Shown: piece by piece, positions 18,520-29,489 of the stretch
Layout: each line of letters begins with the position of its first letter
Numbering within the stretch: position 1 is the first letter of the stretch
Source: Nitrosopumilales archaeon
GTDB lineage: Archaea; Thermoproteota; Nitrososphaeria; Nitrososphaerales; Nitrososphaeraceae
DNA length: 61,657 nucleotides
Reading direction: 5' to 3'
Assembly: GCA_044507735.1 (NCBI GenBank)
Contig: JBIQJB010000005.1
Span: 34,299-95,955, forward strand
Program-made: the position numbers and the translations under genes
The notes under the pieces: model-generated
What the model was told of the DNA's origin: nothing
Database searches by the model: none
Seen by the model: the letters and a program-made list of their open reading frames with translations, nothing else

Positions 18520-19219
18520 GTTGTTGTCCTCCTTCTGGTTGTTCTACCGTTGTTGCTTCCACACCTGGAGCAGATGATTCCTCCTGTGCTACCGATTCAG
18601 ATGGTGCAACTTCCTGAGGCTGAGTAGATCCATTCTTTAGCTGAAACTCTTGAGGGAGAGCAGCCTTTGAGGCAATCCTGAGCTGGATTCCCATCAAGCC
18701 CATCTTTGTAAGAACTTCAGATGTACCTGTTGTGACAATCTGCCCCGCGATATCGCCACTCTTTGGAACAACTCCAATTGTGTGTTTCTCAAAGTGAGCG
18801 CGCTCTGTGCGGAGCTTGCCAGATATTATGACTTCGACACCCAGTGCCCCTGCATTCATAATGGTGTTGAGTGACCACATGGCTGCACGTCTGAACGCTG
18901 TTCCACGTTCTATGAGCTGTGCGATTCTGTTGGCCATGATGTGCGGGTTCATCTCAGGTGATGTAACTTCAAGGACTGATATCTGCGGGTTTTGGAGACC
19001 AAACTTTTGTTCGATCTTAAACATAAGGTCCTTGATACCAGTTCCTTTCCTGCCAATCACGAGGCCGGGCCTTGTGACAAATACCGTAATTCTTGCACCT
19101 ACGGGGGTCTTTTGGACTTCAACTCCACCATAACCTGCATCCTTGAGAGATGAAGCAAGGAATTCGTTGAGTTCCATGTTGCGGAAATTATTTCGTATGA
19201 CGTTCTTGACTGCGCTCAT
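18506..19219 (-). CDS. rps3: 30S ribosomal protein uS3
   Basis: RPGLVIGRKG KH motif, GALGVEVIISGKL. Confidence 0.96.
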   Translation of the reverse strand: MSAVKNVIRNNFRNMELNEFLASSLKDAGYGGVEVQKTPVGARITVFVTRPGLVIGRKGTGIKDLMFKIEQKFGLQNPQISVLEVTSPEMNPHIMANRIAQLIERGTAFRRAAMWSLNTIMNAGALGVEVIISGKLRTERAHFEKHTIGVVPKSGDIAGQIVTTGTSEVLTKMGLMGIQLRIASKAALPQEFQLKNGSTQPQEVAPSESVAQEESSAPGVEATTVEQPEGGQQHGTA

Positions 19220-19224
19220 TGTTA

Positions 19225-19710
19225 TTATTCCTCTCCTCTTACTTCCTGGGCCACGAGCTCCACATGAACCAGTATGTCATTCTTAGGGCTTGACCTTCCC
19301 ATTGCACGCGGTGTGAACCTTTCGAGCTTTGTCCCCTTGTGTACGACAGCGCTGATGATTTTTAGGCGATCCAAGTCCATGCCCTTGTATTCCGCGTTGG
19401 ATTCGAGGTTGTCCAAAAGTTTCAGAAATTCTCCAGCCGCCTTTTCAGGGTACCTGCCCGCAAAAAATCCGTCGCGGATGTTCGATCTATGTGCCACCTC
19501 CATGTTGTAGCGTCTATAAGGGACGGCCTCCTTTCGAGCAATTACATTTTCTAGAAATTCTCGGGCCTTTTCGATCGACATACCCTTTATCGCGACAGCA
19601 ATCTCGCGTGAATGTTTGTGAGAGATGTCTTTTTCCCTTATTGCAGCACGGACGTGCTTTGTTCTGTCGTAATTCTGGAAAGCATAACCAAACTGTGGCA
19701 TATCAATCAC
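19225..19710 (-). CDS. rpl22: 50S ribosomal protein uL22
   Basis: ISHKHSREI, GRYPEKA, PRAMGRS. Confidence 0.95.
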   Translation of the reverse strand: MIDMPQFGYAFQNYDRTKHVRAAIREKDISHKHSREIAVAIKGMSIEKAREFLENVIARKEAVPYRRYNMEVAHRSNIRDGFFAGRYPEKAAGEFLKLLDNLESNAEYKGMDLDRLKIISAVVHKGTKLERFTPRAMGRSSPKNDILVHVELVAQEVRGEE

Positions 19711-20114
19711 TTCAATGGAACATACAGGCTTGACCTGGAAGCCCCGACACCGGGTGCGCCATGCTGCACGCGCTTGTTGGTTATCGCATATTCTCCGAGG
19801 TAGTGTCCAATCATTTCAGGTTTGATATTTACTTGCGCAAATTCCTTGCCATTGTGAACATGTATCGTGAGACCGACCATATCGGGAAGAATAATCATGT
19901 CCCGGGCATGAGTTCGGATGTTGCCTCCTAACTTGCCTTCTCTTGCGAGCTTTACTTTTTCACGCAGTTTCCTCTTATCGTCATTCATGTAAGTGCTGAC
20001 ACGCTTGTCGAGAGATCTGCGTTGCCTTGCATTGAGAAGCGGCAACAAACTCTCTATTGACAGCGACTGTAGCTGTTCAGGAGTATAACCTTTGAACTTG
20101 AATTCACGTACCAA
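19707..20114 (-). CDS. rps19: 30S ribosomal protein uS19
   Basis: RTHARDMIILP, HNGKEF, MIGHYLGE. Confidence 0.96.
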   Translation of the reverse strand: MVREFKFKGYTPEQLQSLSIESLLPLLNARQRRSLDKRVSTYMNDDKRKLREKVKLAREGKLGGNIRTHARDMIILPDMVGLTIHVHNGKEFAQVNIKPEMIGHYLGEYAITNKRVQHGAPGVGASRSSLYVPLK

Positions 20115-20180
20115 CTATATCATTCACTCCTTGTTTGATCCACCACTTTTAAATCTAACGAGAAGAAAATCAATTTGCCA

Positions 20181-20507
20181 TTACACCAGTCCCAGTTTGG
20201 TCGCGAGTTCTCTTGCACCTTCTGGCGCCTTGAATCTTACAAATGCCTTCTTGCCGCGGATCGTTCTTGTAGTGTTGACTTCAGTTGCTTCTGCTTCATA
20301 GAGAATATGGATCGCTGTGATTATCTCTTTCTTGCTGGCATTCTCTGATACAATGAATGCCAACTTGTTTTCTTTCTCTATTTGGTTGAACGTCTTTTCA
20401 GTTACATAAGGGGCGACTATTATAGTAGTTGCCTGTTCTGCGGTCATGTCGACTGTCGTCCGTGCGGCTGTCGCTGTCTTCTTTTCGGTTGTTGTTTCTT
20501 TGCTCAT
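20181..20507 (-). CDS. rpl23: 50S ribosomal protein uL23
   Basis: PYVTEK, VNT, KKAFVR. Confidence 0.93.
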   Translation of the reverse strand: MSKETTTEKKTATAARTTVDMTAEQATTIIVAPYVTEKTFNQIEKENKLAFIVSENASKKEIITAIHILYEAEATEVNTTRTIRGKKAFVRFKAPEGARELATKLGLV

Positions 20508-21331
20508 TTGTTGATCAACTCCATTACCTTGTGCATTGGTGCCTGCAGACTCTTAAGATTCTCAACTGCATTCTGTGAAAATATCGTCAAACGGATCGGC
20601 TTTGAACCTGGTACTAGGTCGATCACGCTCAAATCCTTAGCGTGCTTTATATCGACTCCAGGAATTGACTGCGAAAGATTTACCAACTTAGAGTCGTTGC
20701 CGACGACGATCAGAGCACTTGTTCCTGACCTGGCTTGTCTGCCCCTGCGTCTTGCAGTACCTGATTTCGCCTTTCGGGTCTTACTGGCTCTTGCAATGTC
20801 GTCACCAATACCAAGATCGATCAGAACCTGCTTGAGATCTTTTGTCTTGGTTATCGTTTCAATGTCGCTTGAAACTATGAGTGGAAGTTTCGTCTTGTCT
20901 GCTACGATGTGACCGCGCTTCTGCACCAGATCTTTATTCGCAGTTGCAGCAATTGCGGAGCAAAGACCTAGTTGCTTTTCTTTGTAGTTAATCTTTTTGT
21001 AGATTATCTTCCACGATTCCGGAGGATGTGCAACTCTGCCGTGTCTGACACCAGCTACGCCAGCGGCTTGGCCCGCCCGAGGAAATCCTTCCCCTCGTGC
21101 TCTCGCAATCCTTGCGATGCCAAGACCGGTGTTCCGTGATTCTGCGCTAACCATCTCACCTGCTGCAGGATAGCGACCCTGTCTCTGATACGCGTGGGAT
21201 GTCAGATTTACATACACTTTGTGGATGACTTCGGGACGATAAGGAGTGTCAAATACCAGCGGTAGCTCGATCTCACCCGCGTCTTTGCCCGTTGTTGCAA
21301 CGACTTTTGCCTTCATTTTATTCCACGACAA
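20504..21331 (-). CDS. rpl4: 50S ribosomal protein uL4
   Basis: SAES..TG.G.ARI, GRVAHPP motifs; probable start MKAKV at 21316. Confidence 0.94.
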   Translation of the reverse strand: MSWNKMKAKVVATTGKDAGEIELPLVFDTPYRPEVIHKVYVNLTSHAYQRQGRYPAAGEMVSAESRNTGLGIARIARARGEGFPRAGQAAGVAGVRHGRVAHPPESWKIIYKKINYKEKQLGLCSAIAATANKDLVQKRGHIVADKTKLPLIVSSDIETITKTKDLKQVLIDLGIGDDIARASKTRKAKSGTARRRGRQARSGTSALIVVGNDSKLVNLSQSIPGVDIKHAKDLSVIDLVPGSKPIRLTIFSQNAVENLKSLQAPMHKVMELINK

Positions 21332-22316
21332 CCTCCAATACTTTTGGCTCGAGTACTTTCTTTTGCACGTTGCGTATAGGCTGCCTCATCTTAACGAGAC
21401 GCTTTGGAACGCCCGGCACAGATCCCCTGACGACGATATAATCGCCCTTGACGAGCCCAAAATGCTTGAATCCGCCTGATGGATTTATTGAATTCTGTCC
21501 ATCCTTTTCGGTATTTGACATGATAAGTATGCGTTTGTTGTATTCAGTCCTCTGGTGAAATCCTCTCTGACCTTGCCTTGCGACAGTATACATGACAACT
21601 GCAGGAGAAATCGGCCCTAATGTTCCTACCGCGCGAACACTCTTCCTTGATTTGTGTTGTTTTCTCTTGATGCCAAACCTAGTGACCGGGCCTTCGACCC
21701 CCTTTCCTCTAGTGATGCCAAAGACATCGATATGCTGCCCGACTTGGAAAATGTCGCTCACCTTGACTTCTCTGCCAAGGATGCTCTTTACGTAATCATA
21801 CTGCGATTTTATGTCTTTGCCGGAAACTGCCATTTCGAAAACAAACGGCGTTTTTTGTGAGAGGCCGATGGAATTTGGAGAGATAGCGACTATTGCCATA
21901 ATGATACTTGCATTGCCAAGCAAGCCCTCAGCTCTTGCGAACGATTCGTCTGAAGACTTGGCATCAAACTTGCGTGAGAGTTCCTTAGGAAGATCCTTTG
22001 CGTAAACGTCAAAAATTGCGTGCTCACCGTAAAGATCCTTCTTGTAGCCACGAATTCCTATCACCCTGACTGGAGGTGTCGCGATCACCGTGGCTGGGTT
22101 GAGCAGCTGCTTGCCAAAGTTAGGAGTCTTTTCCCTGTCGTCGATGGTCAGGACGTGAATACCGCCCACTTTGAAACCCGCAAATCCTAAAAGAGAGCTT
22201 TTTTCTACTGCCATTTGAGGCCAAGTTCTGATTCTTGCCTCAAGGCTCTTGGCTCTGGCCCTTGGTCTGAAGGCAACACTACCCCTCCTCGGGGCACTAT
22301 ACTTGCGATGACCCAT
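21318..22316 (-). CDS. rpl3: 50S ribosomal protein uL3
   Basis: PRRGS..F.PR, GFAGFK, GKG..GPV.RFG, GFHQRTEYNKR. Confidence 0.96.
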   Translation of the reverse strand: MGHRKYSAPRRGSVAFRPRARAKSLEARIRTWPQMAVEKSSLLGFAGFKVGGIHVLTIDDREKTPNFGKQLLNPATVIATPPVRVIGIRGYKKDLYGEHAIFDVYAKDLPKELSRKFDAKSSDESFARAEGLLGNASIIMAIVAISPNSIGLSQKTPFVFEMAVSGKDIKSQYDYVKSILGREVKVSDIFQVGQHIDVFGITRGKGVEGPVTRFGIKRKQHKSRKSVRAVGTLGPISPAVVMYTVARQGQRGFHQRTEYNKRILIMSNTEKDGQNSINPSGGFKHFGLVKGDYIVVRGSVPGVPKRLVKMRQPIRNVQKKVLEPKVLEVVVE

Positions 22317-23683
22317 AGATACTGCATGACTCTGCCTGACCCTTTAATAAGTTATTTGAACTTGGATATGAAATGAGCAAATACTCATGTATCTATCCGG
22401 GAAACTTGGTTAGAAAGACGAGCGGGCAAGCCGGGTCAGGCTGACTTTGTTTCTACTTTGAGACGGTTGGAACCACAAAGCCATGGTACATGCGTGCAGT
22501 TCTCAGTGAGACTTGGAATTCATATGAAAACTTAGGCAGGTATCATTTCAGATTTTACCTCTGTTTATCTGACACCTTCACTCAGCTTTTCAAGAATCAG
22601 CTTTTCTCACCATCTTGAAAGAGGCCTAGTCCACAGGATTCTCGGAATTGCATGAAATGCCTGCCCCAATTGTCACATACTGTATCCACCAAAATAACAG
22701 GCCCATGTACGTGAATGATAGTACCACCTCATCAGAGAACACCATTCCAAACAGGTGCGATTTTCCTTTCACTTCATTGAATTCTTCAAATTCGCAAATT
22801 TCTTCATACCAGAATGTTCGAAGACATTGCCAGTCTGCGATTATTTGACGACCTCTGCAGCCCGAGAAGTTTGGTCAAACCACCTTTTAATACTCGGGGA
22901 GCATGCACAAATATCAACAGGATTATGACGACAGCTCCACCATAGGCTCACTCTGTCCTCGCGTGCCCAGTCGTGATTCCAACGCTTCATTTTTCTTGGC
23001 CGATATGTTTTAGGCACTGGCAGACGAATGGAGTAGGGCATCGGATCGGAAATCCCAGACAACCGTTTCAAATTCCACCCGGCGTCTGCTGCAATATTCC
23101 CTCGACACAAGTTGTGAAAGCGAGCAATCATCTTTCCTATCCCACCTCAGAAGAGGTGCCCAGACTGATGCATACAGGGTTCCATCCGTCATGATTCAAG
23201 GTCCTGCCAGAATCATGCGAAGCAGTGTGAAATTTTTTGGCTCATTACAGAGAACTTGCCTTGATACCAAAAATTCGTGGTGTGTTAACCTTTTCGTTTT
23301 GGTCTTTGCGGAATAGAGGAATAAGCATGTTGTAGTCACTTTGATATTGACTTCAAGGTCCGGGACAGATGACAAAATTCGTGTTAAGATTTGTAATCGT
23401 CTGATTGTATTCTACTTGGAAAATCTAGGTCAAAACCATCTGTTTGTGACAGTTCTATTCCATCTGTTATACTGAGAGTACCAGATCAATTTCATGTTTC
23501 TGATGACTGGAGAGTGACAAAAGAATGATCCACATCGGCTTCACACCGTTTTTCCAAACAGGATGAAGCGTGCGGTCACAACTACCTAGGCTTTTCGGAT
23601 AAGGTGTAAACTTTTGGACGAGCGGCTACCATCAATAGGGGGCGGGGAATCCCATTCAATTTCTATTGGTTTGCTTGTAGTGG

Positions 23684-24538
23684 CTATCCAGCGTGATAAT
23701 TGCCATACGGCAAAACGCTATTAAGAATGGCAAGGGTCCCGAGTAATGCCTCTTCCAGCCTAACAGTTTCAGTCGATTGGTTCGGAAACATGTTGATGAC
23801 AAATTCTTGTTGCTTGATGCTTGCGCCTTCTTTCGCAAGAATGTCATGCACTCCGTACTTTGGTGCACCAAAAACAACCAAGATGTGCTTTGCTCCCTTG
23901 GCGCGCTCTATCAGTTTGGTCTCTACATTCTTGAAGTAGCTGCCCCTTCTTGATGTGATCACTATTTCCGCGTTTTCTACGCTTGCGAGTAGCTTGGAAA
24001 GCGACGGAACTTCCTTCACTTCATAACCCCAATATTCGGCAATTTCTTCGTCTGAAGCTTCTGTCGCCTTCAAGTTCGGATATGGCGAAATGAACTTGAC
24101 ATTTACCTTTTTGCCTTCGAATCCCTTGCCTGCAAAAGGCACGAGTGCACCAAGACCAACTTCTACGAACAATTGTCCCTTGACCTTGGCTATGACTCCA
24201 GTGCGCACGTCCCCAACTTTGACTTTCTTGATGTCTTCCGGTGGCTTATGGTGGGGCGCCTTAATCGGATGCAGGATGCCAGCATATTCAAGCTGTCGCA
24301 TCCGAGGATAGAGTGCCTTTCGCAGATATTGAGGAGCGTCGAGATAACGCAATACGGTCCTAAGCAAGTCTGGATCTTCGCGCTCAAAGTGTGAGAGGGA
24401 GTCGTGGTAGATGTAGATCCTCTTGACTCTAAAGATAGAGCAGGCGCGTGCAAACTGCCCTATTTTGATGCTCTTGTCACGTCTCGTCTGTTCGTCTGAA
24501 AGCGATGAATCGGGAATTGCGACCCAGAGATCAGGCAT
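23684..24538 (-). CDS. SPOUT-class RNA methyltransferase (DUF171 family)
   Basis: ARA.SIF.V, PQYLRK, L.YAG.L.P, VVFGAP, PNQ.T.TVRLEEA. Confidence 0.88.
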   Translation of the reverse strand: MPDLWVAIPDSSLSDEQTRRDKSIKIGQFARACSIFRVKRIYIYHDSLSHFEREDPDLLRTVLRYLDAPQYLRKALYPRMRQLEYAGILHPIKAPHHKPPEDIKKVKVGDVRTGVIAKVKGQLFVEVGLGALVPFAGKGFEGKKVNVKFISPYPNLKATEASDEEIAEYWGYEVKEVPSLSKLLASVENAEIVITSRRGSYFKNVETKLIERAKGAKHILVVFGAPKYGVHDILAKEGASIKQQEFVINMFPNQSTETVRLEEALLGTLAILNSVLPYGNYHAG

Positions 24539-25200
24539 TATTCATTCAACAGCTCTGAAATTGCGCCTTCCAAGATTCCGTTTGATCCAAAGAACGTTGA
24601 GCGCAGAATGCCCTTCCTGTCGACAAGTATGCTGGAAGGTGTGCCGCGGAGTGCATATTCTTCAAAAGTCTTGGCAGAATATTCCTTTGATCTTAGGTAG
24701 TTCTTTACACGTTCCACCAACACCTGTCTGTCCTTTTCTGAGTAGGATCTAAAGTCGGGTATGTTCGCCTCGATAAAGTCCATGACCTTGCTATCGGTAA
24801 GTTGGTCGGACTCTTTCTTCAACATGTCCATTCCAACTGGAAATGGGATCTTGTACGGTAGCTTGTTGCCGTCTCTCAGCTGGCCGTACTGCGCCAGTGC
24901 CCTGTAAGTCTCGCCAATCACTTCACCTGTAGTGAGGAGTTTTTCCAGATTGGGAAGGTTGTTCTTGTCAAAATCTTCAAAGGCTGTCGCAACCCCAAGA
25001 ACGGTGAGTCCTTTGTCCCTATACTTGTTGTAGATATCGATGGCCTCTGGAATCCCGTAGAGGAAGCATCCAGGACAATTGACTTGAAAAACCTCAACCA
25101 GGACTACGTTCCCATTTTCGTTATCAATGTTAGTAGGTTTGCCTTGAACCCATGTCGAAATCTGAAGGTTTGGAGCTTTTGCGCCTATTCTTGCAACCAT
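24538..25200 (-). CDS. Thioredoxin-fold redoxin (TlpA/AhpC-TSA-like)
   Basis: FQVNCPGC CxxC, TAFED, GTPS..LVDRKG. Confidence 0.85.
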   Translation of the reverse strand: MVARIGAKAPNLQISTWVQGKPTNIDNENGNVVLVEVFQVNCPGCFLYGIPEAIDIYNKYRDKGLTVLGVATAFEDFDKNNLPNLEKLLTTGEVIGETYRALAQYGQLRDGNKLPYKIPFPVGMDMLKKESDQLTDSKVMDFIEANIPDFRSYSEKDRQVLVERVKNYLRSKEYSAKTFEEYALRGTPSSILVDRKGILRSTFFGSNGILEGAISELLNE

Positions 25201-25271
25201 AAATATACTCTGAAACCAGAATGGGATCCTAACCTTAAATTAATTTATTGGAAAAGAGGAAGAAAGGAAGG

Positions 25272-26009
25272 TCAGGCGCCTCGTTTTGCCATCCTTTCTT
25301 TGGCCATTGATGCATATCTCTCGATCTCTTGATCCTCGATCTTGCGCATCGTCCTAGTCTTGTTGTCGATAATGGCCATTTTGAGATGTCGTGTTCCAGT
25401 CTTTTCTTCGCTTACCAAGTAGATTGATTCTATCGCAAGGGCAGCTGCCTCGTCCAGGCTCAGATCCCCCTTGTAGTTTTTCTCAAGGAATTCGGTTACC
25501 TGATCGCTGCCAGCACCTATTGCCACCGCATCATAGCCAATGTATGTTCCGCTTGGGTCAGTCAGAAATAGTTCAGAACCATTCTTGTCTACGCCTGCCA
25601 AAATCAACGCTACACCAAATGGCCTAACGCCGGCATACTGCGTAAACTGCTGAGCCATGTCTGCCAAGTTTTTGGCAACTCCCTCTACGTCAACTGGTTC
25701 ATCATAGATCAGCCTGTTACTCTGTGCGAAAAAGCGCGCGTGGTCTACCTGTGTGCGCGCATCTGGGATATAGCCTGCTGCTGCAACACCGATGTGATCA
25801 TCAACCTGAAAGATCTTTTGTGTCACGTTTGATATCTGGAGCTTTCTCGCCTTCTCTTCCACAGCAAGAATAACTCCGTCTTTGCTCTTGATGCCTATTG
25901 CAAGTGTTCCGCGTCTGACTGTTTCAATAGCATACTCTACTTGGTAAAGCCTTCCATCTGGCGAAAATACAGTAATTGCTCGATCATAGCCCGCTGCTGC
26001 TGGTAACAA
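25272..26009 (-). CDS. psmA: Proteasome subunit alpha
   Basis: YDRAITVFSPDGRLYQVEYA signature, RPFGV. Confidence 0.97.
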   Translation of the reverse strand: MLPAAAGYDRAITVFSPDGRLYQVEYAIETVRRGTLAIGIKSKDGVILAVEEKARKLQISNVTQKIFQVDDHIGVAAAGYIPDARTQVDHARFFAQSNRLIYDEPVDVEGVAKNLADMAQQFTQYAGVRPFGVALILAGVDKNGSELFLTDPSGTYIGYDAVAIGAGSDQVTEFLEKNYKGDLSLDEAAALAIESIYLVSEEKTGTRHLKMAIIDNKTRTMRKIEDQEIERYASMAKERMAKRGA

Positions 26010-26117
26010 TTCAATCTACTTTTTTTGTAATGTTCCATTTAAGCCTAACTATGAGGCTCCACTCCAAAGCAACTGCAGGATTGGTATTTAATATCGCCAA
26101 GTCACAAAGATTGCTGA

Positions 26118-26537
26118 ATGGTCCAGGAAGAAGTCATATTTTTTGGCCACCCGAATGTCCAATCTTTGCACGGCAAGACTTTAGAGATAACGAAGGACGA
26201 GCACTTAACACTAAGAGGAGATTGCATCCTCGGGGTGAGGGCAACCAAAGCTTGTGCGGATCTGAACGAGACATTGAAGCGAAGGCTCTCCACATCCGGC
26301 TCGATCGTAAGAGTAGAGATAATGGTCGGCTCGGAATCTTTTGTGATAAAAGGAATGGGAGACGAGCGACTCTCGCTAATGAACCCTCATGATATTGTCA
26401 TACGCAAGACAAACTTTGTCTGTCCCCGGACACTGTCAATCAGGTGCGACAAGGCCTCTTCGGATGTCCCCCGCAACATGGTCGAGTTACTGCAGGATGA
26501 TGAAGCAAAAGGCATATTCAGGATTACAGTAGAATGA
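26118..26537 (+). CDS. DUF371 family protein
   Basis: GHPNV...H..TLEITKD..LT.RGDCI.GV.A.K pattern. Confidence 0.85.
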   Translation: MVQEEVIFFGHPNVQSLHGKTLEITKDEHLTLRGDCILGVRATKACADLNETLKRRLSTSGSIVRVEIMVGSESFVIKGMGDERLSLMNPHDIVIRKTNFVCPRTLSIRCDKASSDVPRNMVELLQDDEAKGIFRITVE

Positions 26538-26546
26538 CAATAGAAG

Positions 26547-27128
26547 CTACTTTTTGGGCTGCTCCTTTGGTACCATCATTTCTGCATATTCTTTCCTTTC
26601 CATAGCTCCTGCAAGCGCCGCATTCAATATTTCGAGCGCCGCATATTCCTTGTAGTGATCACGTTTGCAAAGGTTGCAAGCGCCCTTTCCAATAAACGCC
26701 GAAGAAAACTTCTTGTCATCAAATATCCCCTTGAGCACTCTGAGCAATCTTGTGGCCGTATCTTCAACTAACTTTGTATGTTTGTCCAAATCGGGAGTGT
26801 CATAGTCGAATGCGCGTAGCGTAGGTGCATAGTACTTGAGCACAGCACCTCTTGTTTCCACCATCTTTGTTGCTTCAACCAGTCCGGAGGATTTTAGAGT
26901 GTCCAGATGGTGTCTGACAGTAGTGATAGCCTTCTTGTAGCCAGAGCTTCCAAGTGCCTTGGCGACTTCCTCTACAGACATTTGCTTATGGCTCAGGATT
27001 TCGAGGATCTTTATCCTGACAGGGTCGTTCAGAGCCTGTGCAGCGGTATGTCCTATTGTTGTTACTCTTTTTATCTTGACGTCCTTTTGGAACAGAATTT
27101 CGGCCATCAGGGTAACAAAATCTAGCAT
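26547..27128 (-). CDS. ArsR-like winged-helix transcription regulator
   Basis: AL.DP.R.KIL..L, TVRHHLD.L...GLV, KYY. Confidence 0.85.
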   Translation of the reverse strand: MLDFVTLMAEILFQKDVKIKRVTTIGHTAAQALNDPVRIKILEILSHKQMSVEEVAKALGSSGYKKAITTVRHHLDTLKSSGLVEATKMVETRGAVLKYYAPTLRAFDYDTPDLDKHTKLVEDTATRLLRVLKGIFDDKKFSSAFIGKGACNLCKRDHYKEYAALEILNAALAGAMERKEYAEMMVPKEQPKK

Positions 27129-27388
27129 CGGATAATAAATGGCAGATATCAGATAGTTTCGCGCTATTTGTTAAACGTTCTTACATACATCGTTAAGTTA
27201 CTATAACAATACCATTACAATACTGAGCATGCCTTTGTGTGCATTTCTATATGACCAATGGTATCAATATCATAACAATATAACACACATTGCACATATC
27301 GCCGACCAGACACCGAAATCAGGCTCTAGGCGCTAGCTCAAGAAGGTACACATGTCAAAACAGGGGAAAAAATCAGTCCAAAATTGAG

Positions 27389-28234
27389 CTATAACTTGCG
27401 ACCGCTGATGCGCTCGAAAGCCAGAATGTACCTCCGGCTGAGCTCGTTTACTAGTTCAGGGGAGATTTCTGGAGATTCAGGCTTTTTGCCTTGTTTGGCT
27501 AGCTCGTCAACTTGCTTCTTAAAGCCAATTTTGACTAGCCAATCGCGCAATAGTTGCTTGTCGTAACTTTCCTGCATCCTTCCCGGCTGGTAATCAGATT
27601 TGAGCCAGAGTCGATATTCGTCAGGACCGAGCGAATCTCCTAGCAAGATGTTACCATTCTTGTCCCTACCGAATTCAAATTTGACATCCGCAATGATAAA
27701 ACCAGCGCGATCTGCTACTATGCTCATTTTTTCGTAAAGAGATATCGAGGTCCTTTCAAGATAGTCATAGTCTCTGCCAGAAATGATGCCGGAAGAGATC
27801 AGTTCTTCTCTGCCTATTGGGACATCATGATCCTCGGATTTTGTCGTTGGGTCAAAGATAGGCCTTGGAAGCCGGGAAGCCAAAACCAACTTGGAATTAG
27901 AAGGAAGGTCTTTGCGGTCTTGGTAGCGATCGACAAAGCTCCCATAAAAGTATCCCCGCACTACACACTCGACTGGTATCATTTCAAGCCTCTTGACCTG
28001 CATCTTGTCCTTTTCAACCACCTTTACCATGTGGTGAGGCGTCTGAAGAACGTCAAACCAGAACTCTCCAAACCTACAAAGAACTTCGCCTTTTCTCGGG
28101 ATTGGCGTCGCCATCATTACGTCAAATGCGGATACACGATCTGAAAAGTGAAATAGAATGTCGCCATTGTCTAGCTCGTATATGTCTTTGACCTTTCCCT
28201 TGCGGAGGAGTCTCATTGCAGCATTGCCTACCAA
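27389..28234 (-). CDS. purC: SAICAR synthetase
   Basis: GKVKDIY, SDRVSAFD, ECVVRGY, DVKFEFG, DKQLLRDWL. Confidence 0.95.
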   Translation of the reverse strand: MVGNAAMRLLRKGKVKDIYELDNGDILFHFSDRVSAFDVMMATPIPRKGEVLCRFGEFWFDVLQTPHHMVKVVEKDKMQVKRLEMIPVECVVRGYFYGSFVDRYQDRKDLPSNSKLVLASRLPRPIFDPTTKSEDHDVPIGREELISSGIISGRDYDYLERTSISLYEKMSIVADRAGFIIADVKFEFGRDKNGNILLGDSLGPDEYRLWLKSDYQPGRMQESYDKQLLRDWLVKIGFKKQVDELAKQGKKPESPEISPELVNELSRRYILAFERISGRKL

Positions 28235-28304
28235 GTATGCGATAAAAAGTCTATCTGAAGATTGAAAGACTTTTAACGTCGCTCCAAATCAGCTATATAC
28301 TATC

Positions 28305-29489
28305 TTGACGGTCAGCAGTGACCTCCTTGCAATGGAAAAGCCAATTTGTGTGGGCATCATTGGGGGAGGACAGTTGGGCAAGATGATTGCACACGAGGCA
28401 CGACGCATGTCGCTGAAGATCATTGTCCTTGACCCAACTGAAGGATGTCCCGCCTCTCGAATAGCTGACGAACAGATAGTGGCCGACTTTAAGGATGAAT
28501 CAGCGATAATGAAATTGGCGGAAAAGTGCGACATTTTGACCTATGAGATCGAGCTTGCAAATTCCACGGCACTCAAGGAACTTGAGGCCAAGAACTACCC
28601 TGTCAGGCCAGCACCGGAAACCCTGCGCGTCATACAAAACAAGTACAGGCAGAAATTATTTCTAAAGCAGCACAAGATACCCGTACCGGAATTTGCGCTT
28701 GTGCGTTCCGAAGAACACCTTTACGAGCTGTGCGAGCAATTTGGATATCCAGCTATGTTGAAGGCCTGCGAAGATTCGTACGATGGCAGAGGAAACTTTT
28801 TGATCACTTCCAAGAACAAGATACACGAAGCGTTCAACTACTTCTCGGGAAGAGAGTGCATGCTAGAGAAGTTTGTCCCGTTTGTCAGAGAGATATCCAT
28901 AATGGTTGCACGCAATCCCAGCGGTCAGATAGAATCATTCCCGGTCGCTGAAAACATCCACAAGAACAGCATTTTAGACACCACAATAGTGCCAGCCAGA
29001 ATCAACAAGAGCGTGGAGGCAAGGGCAAAGAAGGTAGCCGAAAAGACGATGGCAGCGCTCCACGATGCAGGGTTATTTGGGATCGAAATGTTTGTAACAA
29101 GAAAGGGAGAAGTACTGATTAACGAGATCGCTCCTAGGCCACATAACTCTGGTCACTATACAAATGAAGCATGCTCTGTCTCCCAGTTTGAACAACACTT
29201 GCGGGCAGTGCTTGACCTGCCACTATCAAAACCAGAATTGCTTTCACCGGCGGTGATGATTAACATACTTGGTGATGAAAATATGGACGGACCTTATGCG
29301 GTAAAGGGCTTGACACAAATGATGGCGGTGCCGGGAGCGAGCCTATACATCTATGGCAAGAAGTTCACTCGGCCTCGGCGCAAACTAGGTCATATCACTG
29401 CCACGGGCAGAACAATAAAGCTAGCAATGACCCGTGCCGCAAAGGCTAGAAAGGCAATCGAGCTTATCCCCATGGGGGAAAAACTGTGA
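28305..29489 (+). CDS. purK: N5-carboxyaminoimidazole ribonucleotide synthase
   Basis: [31 protein letters not shown]; probable start at 28332. Confidence 0.95.
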   Translation: MTVSSDLLAMEKPICVGIIGGGQLGKMIAHEARRMSLKIIVLDPTEGCPASRIADEQIVADFKDESAIMKLAEKCDILTYEIELANSTALKELEAKNYPVRPAPETLRVIQNKYRQKLFLKQHKIPVPEFALVRSEEHLYELCEQFGYPAMLKACEDSYDGRGNFLITSKNKIHEAFNYFSGRECMLEKFVPFVREISIMVARNPSGQIESFPVAENIHKNSILDTTIVPARINKSVEARAKKVAEKTMAALHDAGLFGIEMFVTRKGEVLINEIAPRPHNSGHYTNEACSVSQFEQHLRAVLDLPLSKPELLSPAVMINILGDENMDGPYAVKGLTQMMAVPGASLYIYGKKFTRPRRKLGHITATGRTIKLAMTRAAKARKAIELIPMGEKL

